This document shows, piece after piece, positions 1 through 9,420 of a DNA stretch of 64,000 nt. The position numbers and the translations under genes are program-made. Position 1 is the first letter of the stretch. Each line of letters opens with the position of its first letter. The notes under the pieces are model-generated. The model was not told the origin of the DNA. It worked only from the letters and a program-made list of their open reading frames with translations, and ran no database searches. Source of the DNA: an uncultured Chloroflexia bacterium (lineage in GTDB: Bacteria > Chloroflexota > Limnocylindria > Limnocylindrales > CSP1-4); contig CAVXLA010000005.1 of assembly GCA_963762445.1 (NCBI GenBank), positions 554,803 through 618,802 of the forward strand. Reading direction: 5' to 3'.

Positions 1-2
1 TC

Positions 3-1910
3 GTCGTCGCCCGCCCCTCGGCGCTCGAGCCACGGACCCGTCTCGCGCGCGCCACGTTCGCCGCCCGGCACGTCCTGTTCGGACATCCCCTCGCGACGGC
101 CCAGGAGATCGACCAGCGGCTCCCGAAGTGGAAGGCGCTGGCCGTCTTCTCGAGCGACGTGCTCTCCTCGGTTGCCTATGCGACCGAGGCGAGCATGTTC
201 ACCCTCCTCGCCGTCGGCGCGGTCGCCTTCGCGTACCTGATGCCGATCGCGGTGCTCATCGTCGCGCTCCTGTTCCTCGTCACGTTCTCCTACCGCCAGA
301 CCATCCGGGCGTATCCCGGCGGGGGCGGGAGCTACATCGTGGCGCACGCCAACCTGGGCGCGCTGCCCGGGCTCGTCGCCGCCGCCGCGCTGCTCACGGA
401 CTACGTGCTGACCGTCGCGGTGAGCGTGTCGAGCGGCGTCTTCAACCTCGCCTCGGCCTTCCCGGTGCTCCATGACGTGACCGTCCCCCTCATCGTCGTG
501 GCGATCCTCCTCGTCATGGTCGTCAACCTACGGGGGATCCGGGAGAGCGGCACCATCTTCGCCCTCCCGACCTACGTGTTCATGGGCAGCGTCATCCTGC
601 TCGTCGTGGTCGGCATGGTCCGGACCGCCCTCGGAGACGTGCCCCAGGTCACGGACGTCGTGCCGATCACCGTGCAGGCCGAGACCATGAGCCTCCTCCT
701 GCTCATGCGAGCGTTCGCCGACGGCTGCAGCGCGATGACCGGCACGGAGGCCATCTCGAACGGAACCCCGGCGTTCAAGCCGCCGGAGTGGAAGAACGCG
801 CAGCGGACGATGGTGGCCATGGCCACGATCCTCGGCTTCGTCTTCCTCGGCATCTCCTTCCTGGCGCGCACGTCGGGGGCGGTCCCGTCCCCGACGGAAT
901 CCGTCCTCTCGCAGGTCGGCCGGGCGACGTTCGGCGCGGGGCCCATCTGGTACGTCCTGCTGATCTCGACGATGGGGATCCTCGTCCTGGCGGCGCAGAC
1001 GAGCTTCGCCGACTTCCCGCGCCTCGCCTCCATCCTCGCCCGCGACGGGTTCATGCCCCGCGGCTTCGCCTACCGCGGCGAGCGGCTCGCCTTCAACGCC
1101 GGCATCGTCGCCCTGGCGGTCCTCGCGATCTTCGTCGCGGTGGCGTTCGGTGGCCGCGTCGAGGCGCTCATCCCGCTCTACGCGATCGGGGTCTTCACTG
1201 CCTTCACGCTGTCCCAGGCGGGGATGGTGCGCCACTGGTTCGTCGAGAAGGGCCCGGGCTGGCGCCGGAGCGCCGTGATCAACGGCGTCGGGGCGACGGC
1301 GACGGCCGTCGTCGCCGTCGTGTTCGCGGTGGCGAAGTTCGCGCTCGGGGCTTGGGTGATCCTCGTCGTGGTCCCGATCCTCGTCCTGCTCATGCTCGGG
1401 ATCCGCCGGGAGTACGCCCGCGGCTCGTCGGAGCTGGCCGTCGCCCCCGACCTCGTGTGGGGCCAGCCGATTCACCGCCGGCGGGTCGTCGTCCCCGTGT
1501 CGGACGTCCAGTGGGACGTCATCCAGGCGGTCCGCTTCGGTCGGTCGATGACGGACGACATCACGGCCGTCCACGTGACCGACGACGTCGCCGCCGGGGA
1601 GCGCCTGCGAGAGCGGTTCGAGCGGCAGCTGCCCGGCCTCGGCTTCGTGATCGTGGAGTCGCCGTATCGGAACCTCGTCGATCCGCTCGTTCGCTACCTG
1701 GAGGTAACCACCGAGCGGGAGGTCGGGAGCGTCACGGTGGTCCTCCTCCCCGAGCGCATGGCGCGCCATTGGTGGGAGCGGATCCTGTTCAACCAGAATG
1801 CCCATCGGATCCGCGCAGCCCTGACCGGCCGGCCCGACATCCTGGTCGCCGACGTCCCGTTCCGGGCGTTCGAAGCACCGCCGGGCGGGCCTCCCCGCGC
1901 TGCCGCGTGA
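3..1910 (+). CDS. APC-superfamily amino-acid/polyamine permease with soluble C-terminal domain (5' end cut by window edge)
   Basis: Frame is open from nt 3. It contains 'LPKWKALAVFSSDVLSSVAYATEA' followed by about 12 hydrophobic helices and an about 150-aa cytoplasmic tail. The track ORF 159..1910 is only the first in-frame Met. Confidence 0.8.
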   Translation, partial: VVARPSALEPRTRLARATFAARHVLFGHPLATAQEIDQRLPKWKALAVFSSDVLSSVAYATEASMFTLLAVGAVAFAYLMPIAVLIVALLFLVTFSYRQTIRAYPGGGGSYIVAHANLGALPGLVAAAALLTDYVLTVAVSVSSGVFNLASAFPVLHDVTVPLIVVAILLVMVVNLRGIRESGTIFALPTYVFMGSVILLVVVGMVRTALGDVPQVTDVVPITVQAETMSLLLLMRAFADGCSAMTGTEAISNGTPAFKPPEWKNAQRTMVAMATILGFVFLGISFLARTSGAVPSPTESVLSQVGRATFGAGPIWYVLLISTMGILVLAAQTSFADFPRLASILARDGFMPRGFAYRGERLAFNAGIVALAVLAIFVAVAFGGRVEALIPLYAIGVFTAFTLSQAGMVRHWFVEKGPGWRRSAVINGVGATATAVVAVVFAVAKFALGAWVILVVVPILVLLMLGIRREYARGSSELAVAPDLVWGQPIHRRRVVVPVSDVQWDVIQAVRFGRSMTDDITAVHVTDDVAAGERLRERFERQLPGLGFVIVESPYRNLVDPLVRYLEVTTEREVGSVTVVLLPERMARHWWERILFNQNAHRIRAALTGRPDILVADVPFRAFEAPPGGPPRAAA

Positions 1911-1941
1911 GCCCTGAGTCCGCGACAGAGGCCCCTGCCCT

Positions 1942-2430
1942 TCAGATCGGGAGGTCGCCCTCGTCGGGGCCGGCGTACGGGTCCAGCGTCTCGGTGAAGA
2001 GGCGGCCGTAGAAGTTCGTGAAGTGGGCGCCGTGGGCGCGGAGGACCGCCCGCTCGCTCTTCCGCCGGGCCGGGTCGGTCTCGCGCACGGCGATGACGGG
2101 GTGGCCCCGCCGCGCCTCGCGCTCGTAGCGCCGGAAGTCGGGCGCCTGGTCCATCTGCGTGAACTGGAGCAGGCGGTAGAGGCGGGCGACGACCCCGTGG
2201 TGCGTGCCGCGCCCGTCGATCCGGAGCGCGGCCTCCTCGCCCACGAGGACGCGGATGGCGCCGGGGTCGACGCCGGCGCGTTGCAGCTCCGCGATCGCGG
2301 CGTCGGCCGCGGCGGGGGAGGGGAGGATGCCCATGAGGTGGTCCGTCGGGTAGCCGAGCAGCCAGCCCTTCGGGCGCGCCGTGACGGGGGCGGCGGGGGG
2401 CGGAGCCGCGGTCGGAGCCTCGTCGGTCAC
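1942..2430 (-). CDS. hypothetical protein (162 aa)
   Basis: ORF with balanced, non-runaway amino-acid composition, convergent with the permease. No motif recognised. Confidence 0.5.
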   Translation of the reverse strand: MTDEAPTAAPPPAAPVTARPKGWLLGYPTDHLMGILPSPAAADAAIAELQRAGVDPGAIRVLVGEEAALRIDGRGTHHGVVARLYRLLQFTQMDQAPDFRRYEREARRGHPVIAVRETDPARRKSERAVLRAHGAHFTNFYGRLFTETLDPYAGPDEGDLPI

Positions 2431-2474
2431 GAGAGGAGAGGATACCGGCGCGGGGCCCGGACCGGCGCCGGCCG

Positions 2475-2480
2475 TACAAT
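2475..2480 (+). promoter_or_regulatory. -10-like box TACAAT, 9 nt upstream of the iscS ATG (leaderless or near-leaderless)
   Basis: TACAAT read at 2475-2480; ATG at 2490; no Shine-Dalgarno between them. Confidence 0.45.
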
Positions 2481-2489
2481 CGCCGCCTG

Positions 2490-3671
2490 ATGCCGATCTA
2501 TCTCGACCACGCGGCGACGACGCCGCTGCGTCCCGAGGCCCTCGAGGCCATGCTGCCGTACCTCGGCGGCGCCTTCGGGAACCCCTCCTCCGCGCACGCC
2601 CTGGGGCGCGCCGCTCGCAATGCGCTTGACGAAGCCCGCGAGCAGCTGGCCGCCGACCTCGGCGGGGCCGCCCGCGAGGTGGTCTTCACGTCCGGCGGCA
2701 CCGAGGCGAACAACCTGGCCGTCAAGGGCGCGGCCTGGGCCGGCAAGGCACGCGGCAACCGCGTGGTCGTGAGCGCGGTCGAGCACCACGCGGTCGGCCA
2801 CACGGCGGAGCACCTGGCGAACTGGGGGTTCGAGGTCGCCTGGGCGCCGGTCGACGCGGCCGGGCGGGTCGACCCGGACGCCCTCGAGGCGCTGCTCGAC
2901 GAGCGGACCGTCGTCGTCGCCGTGATGCTCGCCAACAACGAGGTCGGGACGATCCAGCCGATCCGCGAGGTCGTCGAGCGCGTCCGGTCGCGTCGCGGCA
3001 TCCACCTCCACGTCGACGCGGTGCAGGGCGCGCCCTATCTCGACCTCGACGTGGGCACCCTGGGGGCCGACACGGTCGCGGTCTCGGCCCACAAGTTCGA
3101 GGGGCCGAAGGGTGTCGGGGCGCTCTGGGTCCGACGCGGCACGCCACTGCTCGCCCAGCTGCATGGCGGGAGCCAGGAGCGCCACCGCCGGGCCGGGACC
3201 GAGAACGTCGCCGGGGCGGTCGGGATGGCGGCGGCCTACGGGCTCGCCTGCCGGGCGAAGCCCGGGACGCGGGCCAGGCTGCTCGACCTTCGCGGTCGCC
3301 TCCAGGCCGCCTGCCTGGGCGTGGAGGGCGTCGAGCTGACGGGCCACCCGACGGAGCGGCTGCCGGGCCTCCTCTCCCTCCTCGTCCGCGGGGCGGACGG
3401 CGCCGCCGCCGCGGTGGCCCTGGACCTGGCGGGGATCGCCTGCTCGACGGGCTCGGCCTGCGCCACGGGCTCGCCGGAGCCGTCGCACGTCCTCACGGCC
3501 ATGGGCATCCCCGATGCCGCCGCGATGGGGGCGCTGCGCCTCTCGCTCGGGCGGGGGACGACGGTCGCCGATGTCGAGGCGGCCGTCGCGGCCGTGCCGC
3601 CGATCCTGGCGGAGATCCGCGACGGGTCCGCCGCGCTCGCCGCCGATCCGCTCGGCAGCCGGATCGCCTGA
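2490..3671 (+). CDS. iscS: cysteine desulfurase, NifS/IscS family (PLP-dependent)
   Basis: Contains 'IYLDHAATTP', 'NPSSAHALG', the PLP-lysine context 'SAHKFEGPKGVGALW' and the active-site Cys loop 'CSTGSAC'. It lies directly upstream of mnmA, as in actinobacteria. Confidence 0.9.
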   Translation: MPIYLDHAATTPLRPEALEAMLPYLGGAFGNPSSAHALGRAARNALDEAREQLAADLGGAAREVVFTSGGTEANNLAVKGAAWAGKARGNRVVVSAVEHHAVGHTAEHLANWGFEVAWAPVDAAGRVDPDALEALLDERTVVVAVMLANNEVGTIQPIREVVERVRSRRGIHLHVDAVQGAPYLDLDVGTLGADTVAVSAHKFEGPKGVGALWVRRGTPLLAQLHGGSQERHRRAGTENVAGAVGMAAAYGLACRAKPGTRARLLDLRGRLQAACLGVEGVELTGHPTERLPGLLSLLVRGADGAAAAVALDLAGIACSTGSACATGSPEPSHVLTAMGIPDAAAMGALRLSLGRGTTVADVEAAVAAVPPILAEIRDGSAALAADPLGSRIA

Positions 3672-3680
3672 GGCGACCTC

Positions 3681-4796
3681 GTGCGCGTGCTCGTGGCGAT
3701 GTCCGGGGGCGTGGACTCGTCGGTCGCGGCCGCCCTCCTCGCCGAGGCCGGCCACGACGTCGTCGGGGTCTGGATGCGCGTCCACGACGGCGCCGACGCG
3801 TACTCGGAGGTCAGGAAGAGCTGCTGCAGCGCCGATGCCGCCGAGGACGCCCGCCGGGTCGCGGCCCAGCTCGGGATCCCGTTCTATGTCCTCAACCTGG
3901 AGCGCGAGTTCGACGCCGGCGTGATCCGCCCGTTCCTTGCTGCCTACCTCGCCGGGGAGACGCCGAGCCCATGCGTCGACTGCAACAGCTACGTGAAGTT
4001 CGGGGCCCTGCTGGGGCGGGCCCGCCACCTCTACGAGTGCGACGCCGTGGCGACCGGCCACTACGCCCGGACGGACGTCGTGGAGGGCGCGGGCGGGCAG
4101 GCGCACCGGCTCCTCCGCGGCCTGGACCGGGCGAAGGACCAGGCCTACTTCCTCTATGGCCTCCGCCAGGACCAGGTCGCCCGGGCGCTGTTCCCGCTCG
4201 GCGGGCTGGCCAAGGACGAGGTCCGCGTCATGGCCCGCGCCCGGGGGCTGGTGACCGCCGACAAGCCCGAGAGCATGGAGATCTGCTTCGTGCCCGACGG
4301 GGACATCCGGGCGGCCCTCCAGCTCCGCGCCGGCTGGCGGCCGTCGCCGGGACCGGCGGTCGACGCCGCCGGAGCACGGGTCGTGGGCGAGCACGGCGGG
4401 GCGGCGGCGTTCACCGTCGGCCAGCGGCGCGGCGTGGGGGTCGCGATCGGTGAGCCACGCTACGTCAGCCGCGTGGACCCGGCCTCGAACACGATCGTGC
4501 TGGCTCGCCGCTCCGACCTCGACACGCGGACGTTCACGATCCACGAGGCCACGTTCGTCGCCGGGTCGCCGCCGGGCGCCGCGTCGTTCCGGGCCCTGGC
4601 CCAGGTCCGCCACCGGGCGACGCCCGTGCCGGCGACCGTGCGCCGGAGGGCGGGGGGCGACGGCGCCTGGGCCGTCGAGACCGACACGCCCGTCTGGGCC
4701 GCAGCGCCGGGCCAGGCCTGCGTCCTCTTCGACCCCGCCGAGCCGGATGTCGTCCTGGGCGGCGGCCGGATCGCCCGGCCCGGCCCCGAGGCCTGA
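3681..4796 (+). CDS. mnmA: tRNA 2-thiouridine(34) synthase
   Basis: PP-loop '[13 protein letters not shown]', '[14 protein letters not shown]', 'PSPCVDCN', 'ATGHYAR'. Confidence 0.92.
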   Translation: MRVLVAMSGGVDSSVAAALLAEAGHDVVGVWMRVHDGADAYSEVRKSCCSADAAEDARRVAAQLGIPFYVLNLEREFDAGVIRPFLAAYLAGETPSPCVDCNSYVKFGALLGRARHLYECDAVATGHYARTDVVEGAGGQAHRLLRGLDRAKDQAYFLYGLRQDQVARALFPLGGLAKDEVRVMARARGLVTADKPESMEICFVPDGDIRAALQLRAGWRPSPGPAVDAAGARVVGEHGGAAAFTVGQRRGVGVAIGEPRYVSRVDPASNTIVLARRSDLDTRTFTIHEATFVAGSPPGAASFRALAQVRHRATPVPATVRRRAGGDGAWAVETDTPVWAAAPGQACVLFDPAEPDVVLGGGRIARPGPEA

Positions 4797-4799
4797 GGA

Positions 4800-5108
4800 G
4801 TGGCGCTCATCGGCCCGTCCCTCGTGCTGGCCGTCCTGGTGGGTGTCTTCTGGACCGCGTTCGCCGTCCTCGTGACCGGAGTCGCCGGGGCGCGGCTCCC
4901 GTTCGTGCTGCTGCTGGCCGTGCTGGGCGCCTGGGCGGGCGACGCGCTCGGCGCCCGGCTCGGGATCGACCTGCTCCGGATCGGCGACTTCCGGCTCGTC
5001 GCCGCTTCGCTCGGGGCCTGGGCCGGCATCGTCCTCGTGGTCGTGGTCTCGATCCTGGGCCCGTCGCGGACGGCCGGCCCCGGGGGCTCGGCGGGGAGCG
5101 GCCGGTGA
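4800..5108 (+). CDS. small integral membrane protein (102 aa, about 3 TM helices)
   Basis: Starts 4 nt after the mnmA stop. Hydrophobic helices 'LVLAVLVGVFWTAFAVLVTGV', 'FVLLLAVLGAWAG', 'AWAGIVLVVVVSIL'. Confidence 0.5.
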   Translation: MALIGPSLVLAVLVGVFWTAFAVLVTGVAGARLPFVLLLAVLGAWAGDALGARLGIDLLRIGDFRLVAASLGAWAGIVLVVVVSILGPSRTAGPGGSAGSGR

Positions 5109-5278
5109 GCGGCCGGGGCCGGCTGATGAGCGACGCGGCGCCGTCGTCCGCGCCGCGCCCCCGGGTCGCGGCTCCCGACGATCGCCTCGCGGTCTTCCTC
5201 CGCGGCCTCGTCGTCGGCGCGCTCGTGGGGGCGATCCTGGCCGGCTCCGCTGCCCTGCGCCGGGCGGCCCGCCGCTGA
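5105..5278 (+). CDS. small membrane protein (57 aa), GTGA-overlapped with the previous ORF
   Basis: GTG at 5105 overlaps the TGA at 5106-5108. One TM helix 'LRGLVVGALVGAILAGSAA'. Too short for the supplied ORF track. Confidence 0.3.
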   Translation: MSGRGRLMSDAAPSSAPRPRVAAPDDRLAVFLRGLVVGALVGAILAGSAALRRAARR

Positions 5279-5337
5279 GGCAGTCGCGGCCGGAGCGCGG
5301 CACCCGCGCCCCGGCCCGTGAGCCGGCCGCCGTTCGC

Positions 5338-5343
5338 TACCAT
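5338..5343 (+). promoter_or_regulatory. -10-like box TACCAT, 7 nt upstream of the alaS ATG (leaderless)
   Basis: TACCAT at 5338-5343; ATG at 5351; no SD. Confidence 0.45.
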
Positions 5344-5350
5344 TAGCCGG

Positions 5351-8134
5351 ATGTCGACCCCGGAGACCCGCCCTGCGCCGCTGCCCGCCGCCGAGGTCCG
5401 CCGGCGCTTCCTCGAGTTCTTCGCCGAGCGCGGTCACACGGTGGTCCCCAGCGCCAGCCTGATCCCGGCCGGCGACCAGACCCTCCTCTTCACGAACTCG
5501 GGGATGGTCCAGTTCAAGGAGGTCTTCACCGGCGCCGAGACGCGGAGCTACACCCGGGCCGTCGACGTGCAGCGCTGCCTGCGGGTGGCCGGCAAGCACA
5601 ACGACTTCGAGGAGGTCGGGCGCACCCCGCGCCACCACACGCTCTTCGAGATGATGGGCAACTGGAGCTTCGGCGACTACTTCAAGCGCGAGGCGATCCA
5701 CTGGGCCTGGGAGTTCCTCACCCGCGAGATGGGCATCCCCGCCGAGCGCCTCGCCGCGACGACGTACGCCGACGACGAGGTGGCCTGGGCGATCTGGCGC
5801 GACGAGATCGGCCTGCCGCCCGAGCGGATGGCCCGCTGGGGCGACGTGGACGCGGGCGACGACAAGAACTTCTGGCGGATGGCCGACACGGGACCCTGCG
5901 GGCCGTGCAGCGAGATCCACTACGACCGGGGCGCCCACCTCTCGGAGGGGCCCGACTGCATCCCGGATCACTCCGAGCAGTGCCCGCGCTGGCTGGAGAT
6001 CTGGAACCTCGTCTTCATGGAGTTCGACCAGCGGCCCGACGGCCCGCGCGTCCCGCTGCCGTTCCCCAGCGTGGACACGGGCCTGGGCCTGGAGCGGCTC
6101 TCCAGCGTCCTGCAGGGTGTCCTCTCCAACTACGACACGGACCTCTTCACTCCGATCCACCAGACGCTCCGCCGGCTCCTCGGGCACGACCCCGAGTCCT
6201 TCGAGGCCGAGCGCTTCAGCTACCAGGTGATCGCCGACCACAGCCGGGCGGTCACCTTCCTCATCGCCGACGGCGTCCTGCCGTCCAACGAGGGCCGGGG
6301 CTACGTCCTGCGGCGCATCGTGCGGCGGGCTGTCCGCCACGGCCGCCTCCTGGGGAAGCGCGAGCCGTTCCTCGCCGAGACCGTCGGCACCGTCATCGAG
6401 GTGATGGGGGACGCGTACCCGCTGATCCGCGACGAGCGCGAGCGCATCCTCGCCGCCGTCGCCCGGGAGGAGGCCCAGTTCGCCCGGACCCTCGACGCCG
6501 GCACGAAGCTGCTCGACGAAGCCCTGCTCCGCCTGAAGCAGGCACTGGCTCCGATCCCGGGCATGGCCGTGGTGGCGCCGAAGCATGACCGCGTCGTGGG
6601 CCGGCGTCCCGAGGACGTCCCCGCCGACGCCCCCGCCCTCCACGGCGCGTTCGCCTTCAAGCTCCACGACACGTACGGCTTCCCGATCGACCTGACGATC
6701 GAGCTCGCCGCCGAGCACGGCGTCCGGGTCGACCGCGCCGGCTTCGACGCCGCCCTCGCCGAGCAGCGCCAGCGCAGCCGCGGCGGTCGCAAGGCCGAGC
6801 TGGCCCGCCATGCCGAGGTGACGGCCCTCTACGAGTCGATCGTGCGCCGGGCCGGAGACACGGCCTTCGTCGGCTACGACACGACGGCGGCCGAGGCGAC
6901 GGTCATCGCGATCATCCGCGACGGCGTCGCCTACGACGAGTTGACCGGCCACGGCGAGGCCGATGTGGTCCTGGACCGGACGCCGTTCTACGCCGAGGGC
7001 GGGGGGCAGGTGGGCGACCGGGGGGAGCTGGCCGAGCCGGGCGGCGGCTCGCCGCTCTTCACCGTGACCGACACCCAGAAGCCGTCGGCCGGGCTCGTCG
7101 TCCACCGCGGCACGCTGCATGGCCGCCTGCGGGTGGGAGCGACGGTCGGGGCGGCGGTCGACGCCGAGCGGCGGGCCTGCACGATGCGCAACCACACCGC
7201 CACGCACCTCCTCCACCGCGCGCTGCGCAACGTCGTCGGGCCGGCCGCCCGGCAGGCCGGCTCGCTCGTCGCGCCGGACTACCTCCGCTTCGACTACCCG
7301 TTCGACCGCGCCCTGGCCGACGACGAGAGGCGGCGCATCGAGGACGAGGTCCGCCGCATCGTCCGCGAGGATCGCCCGGTGAGCGTCGCCCACCTCTCGA
7401 TGGCCGAGGCGATCGAGGCCGGCGCCGACGCCTTCTTCGACGAGAAGTACGGCGAGACCGTCCGCACGGTCCGCGTCGCGGACTACAGCTTCGAGCTGTG
7501 CGGCGGCACGCACTGCCGGGCGTCGGGCCAGGTGGGGAGCTTCGTCATCACCGGCGAGCGGAGCATCGGCTCCGGGATGCGCCGGATCGAGGCCCTCACG
7601 GGCGACGGCGCCGACGCCCACCTGCGCGAGCGGGCGCTCCTGCTCGAGGCGGTCGCGGACCGGCTGGGCGCCGCTTCGACCGATGCCGTCCTGGACCGGA
7701 TCGCCGCGCTCGAGGCGGAGGTCCGCGAGGCGAAGCGGCGGCTGCGCGAGGGCGGCGGCGGGGCGCCGCGACCCGCCGAGCTCGCTGGCCGGGCCGAGGA
7801 GGCCGCGCCCGGCATCGCGCTCGTCGCGGCGGCCGGCGCCTGGGAGTCGATCGACGCGGTCAAGAGCACCGCGAAGGAGGTCCGGGCCCTGCTCGGCCCG
7901 GGCGTCGTCGCCCTGGTCCAGGATGCCGACGAGCCGCAGGTCTTCGTCACGGTCTCGGACGGCCTGGTGGCCCGCGGCGTGGCCGCCGGCGACCTCGTCC
8001 GGGCTGCGATGGCGTCGCTCGAGGGAAAGGGTGGCGGGCGCCCCGAGATGGCCCAGGGGAAGGGGAGCCGCCGCGACGGGATCCCCGCAGCGCTCGCGGC
8101 GATCCGCGCGGCCCTCGCCGCCGCCGGCGGGTAG
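5351..8134 (+). CDS. alaS: alanine--tRNA ligase
   Basis: 'FLEFFAERGHTVVPSASL', 'FTNSGMVQFK', 'HHTLFEMMGNWSFGDYFK', editing-domain zinc motifs 'HTATHLLH' and 'CGGTHC', and a C-terminal oligomerisation tail. The Met at 5351 is preferred over the track start 5318. Confidence 0.95.
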   Translation: MSTPETRPAPLPAAEVRRRFLEFFAERGHTVVPSASLIPAGDQTLLFTNSGMVQFKEVFTGAETRSYTRAVDVQRCLRVAGKHNDFEEVGRTPRHHTLFEMMGNWSFGDYFKREAIHWAWEFLTREMGIPAERLAATTYADDEVAWAIWRDEIGLPPERMARWGDVDAGDDKNFWRMADTGPCGPCSEIHYDRGAHLSEGPDCIPDHSEQCPRWLEIWNLVFMEFDQRPDGPRVPLPFPSVDTGLGLERLSSVLQGVLSNYDTDLFTPIHQTLRRLLGHDPESFEAERFSYQVIADHSRAVTFLIADGVLPSNEGRGYVLRRIVRRAVRHGRLLGKREPFLAETVGTVIEVMGDAYPLIRDERERILAAVAREEAQFARTLDAGTKLLDEALLRLKQALAPIPGMAVVAPKHDRVVGRRPEDVPADAPALHGAFAFKLHDTYGFPIDLTIELAAEHGVRVDRAGFDAALAEQRQRSRGGRKAELARHAEVTALYESIVRRAGDTAFVGYDTTAAEATVIAIIRDGVAYDELTGHGEADVVLDRTPFYAEGGGQVGDRGELAEPGGGSPLFTVTDTQKPSAGLVVHRGTLHGRLRVGATVGAAVDAERRACTMRNHTATHLLHRALRNVVGPAARQAGSLVAPDYLRFDYPFDRALADDERRRIEDEVRRIVREDRPVSVAHLSMAEAIEAGADAFFDEKYGETVRTVRVADYSFELCGGTHCRASGQVGSFVITGERSIGSGMRRIEALTGDGADAHLRERALLLEAVADRLGAASTDAVLDRIAALEAEVREAKRRLREGGGGAPRPAELAGRAEEAAPGIALVAAAGAWESIDAVKSTAKEVRALLGPGVVALVQDADEPQVFVTVSDGLVARGVAAGDLVRAAMASLEGKGGGRPEMAQGKGSRRDGIPAALAAIRAALAAAGG

Positions 8135-8149
8135 GGCAGGGGAGCCGGC

Positions 8150-9412
8150 ATGGCCTTCCTGCGGCGCTTCTGGCAGCGCGACGGCGGCGACCAGCTGGCC
8201 GCCTGCACGGCTCTCGACATCGGGACGGAGTTCGCCAAGGCGCTCGTCTTCGAGATCGACGAGCGGAGGCACGGCACGGTGCGCGGCGTCGGGCGCAAGC
8301 GCCAGGGCCTTGCCCACATGCAGTCGGGCACCGTCGCCGACATCGGGGCGGTCGTCGACAACTGCGGGGTCGCCCTCCAGGAGGCCGAGGAGATGGCCGG
8401 CTTCCGCCCGACCCAGGTGATCATCGGGATCGCCGGCGAGCTCGTGAAGGGCTTCACGACAGCGCACGCCCAGGAGCGGAAGAAGCCCGACGTCCCTATC
8501 AACGACGCCGAGCTCCAGCGGCTGATCGACGGCGTGCAGCGCGAGGCGCTCGAGGCGGCCGAGCGGGCGATCACCTGGGAGACCGGCCTCCCGAACGTCG
8601 ACGTGCGCCTGGTCCACGCCGCCGTGACCTCGGCCAGCATCGACGGCTACGCGGTGACGAACCCGGTCGGCTTCCAGGGCCGCCACGTGAAGATCGGGAT
8701 CTTCAACGCGTTCGCTCCACTGGTCCACCTCGGCGCCCTCGAGAGCGTGGCCTCCGAGCTGGACCTCGAGCTGCTGGAGATCGTCGCCGAGCCCTACGCG
8801 GTGGCCCGCGTCATCGGCTCGGAGCAGGTGCGGCAGGCCGGCGCGCTCTTTGTCGACATCGGCGGCGGGACGACCGACGTCGCGCTCGTGCGCGCGGGCG
8901 GGATCGAGGGGACGCGGATGTTCGCCCTCGCCGGGCGGGCCTTCACGAAGTCCCTCGCCGATCGCCTGGACCTGCCCTTCCCGCGGGCGGAGGCGCTCAA
9001 GGTGGACTACGCCCGCGGCCTGCCCCTGGCCGAGCGGGAGCAGATCGCCGGCATCGTGGCGGACGACGTGGCGGTCTGGGCGGCCGGGATGGAGCTGGTC
9101 CTCGACGAGCTGGGCGGGGGCGACATGCTCCCCTCGCGCATCTACCTCTGCGGCGGCGGATCGAGGCTGCCGGAGACCGCCGCCGCCCTCCGCGCCGAGT
9201 CGTTCTGGTCCCGCCTCCCGTTCAGCCGGCCGCCCGAGGTCACGGTGATGGCGCCCGAGATGGTCGAGTCGCTGGACGACGCCACGCAGCTCCTCGTGGA
9301 CCAGCAGGACGTGACGCCCCTGGGGCTCGCCAACCAGGCGATCGAGCTCCAGGCGGAGCAGGACCCGCTGGACGCCGCGCTGCGCCGCGTCCTGCGGGCG
9401 ATGAAGCTGTAG
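8150..9412 (+). CDS. FtsA-like actin-fold ATPase (not in a dcw/ftsZ context)
   Basis: Phosphate-1 'ALDIGTEFAKALV', phosphate-2 'FVDIGGGTTDVALV', adenosine motif 'IYLCGGGSRLP', and an FtsA-style inserted subdomain 'LVHAAVTSASIDGYAVTNPVGFQGRHVKIGIF'. Confidence 0.75.
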   Translation: MAFLRRFWQRDGGDQLAACTALDIGTEFAKALVFEIDERRHGTVRGVGRKRQGLAHMQSGTVADIGAVVDNCGVALQEAEEMAGFRPTQVIIGIAGELVKGFTTAHAQERKKPDVPINDAELQRLIDGVQREALEAAERAITWETGLPNVDVRLVHAAVTSASIDGYAVTNPVGFQGRHVKIGIFNAFAPLVHLGALESVASELDLELLEIVAEPYAVARVIGSEQVRQAGALFVDIGGGTTDVALVRAGGIEGTRMFALAGRAFTKSLADRLDLPFPRAEALKVDYARGLPLAEREQIAGIVADDVAVWAAGMELVLDELGGGDMLPSRIYLCGGGSRLPETAAALRAESFWSRLPFSRPPEVTVMAPEMVESLDDATQLLVDQQDVTPLGLANQAIELQAEQDPLDAALRRVLRAMKL

Positions 9413-9420
9413 GCGCCGCC

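Noticed and set aside
5318-5350. Longer N-terminal extensions offered by the track (alaS 5318, efflux/MFS 56511, nrdR 46206, AADC 36465, etfB 43631, ccdA 50854, crp 34351, secreted protein 62826)
   Set aside because: The extensions are R/P/G-rich, overlap promoters, operators or upstream genes, and lack an SD. Downstream starts coincide with an SD or a -10 box and with the first conserved residues of each family.
4460-8728. 1422-aa minus-strand ORF antisense to mnmA/alaS/ftsA-like genes
   Set aside because: Its composition is dominated by R/G/P/A/D runs with no motifs. It lies exactly antisense to genes with unambiguous family signatures. This is the classic stop-codon-poor shadow frame of very GC-rich DNA.
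7498-9420. N-terminal 640 codons of the 1209-aa plus-strand track ORF 7498..11127
   Set aside because: This part is out of frame over alaS and the ftsA-like gene and reads as an R/G/P run. Sensible protein sequence begins only at ATG 9421, 8 nt after the ftsA-like stop.
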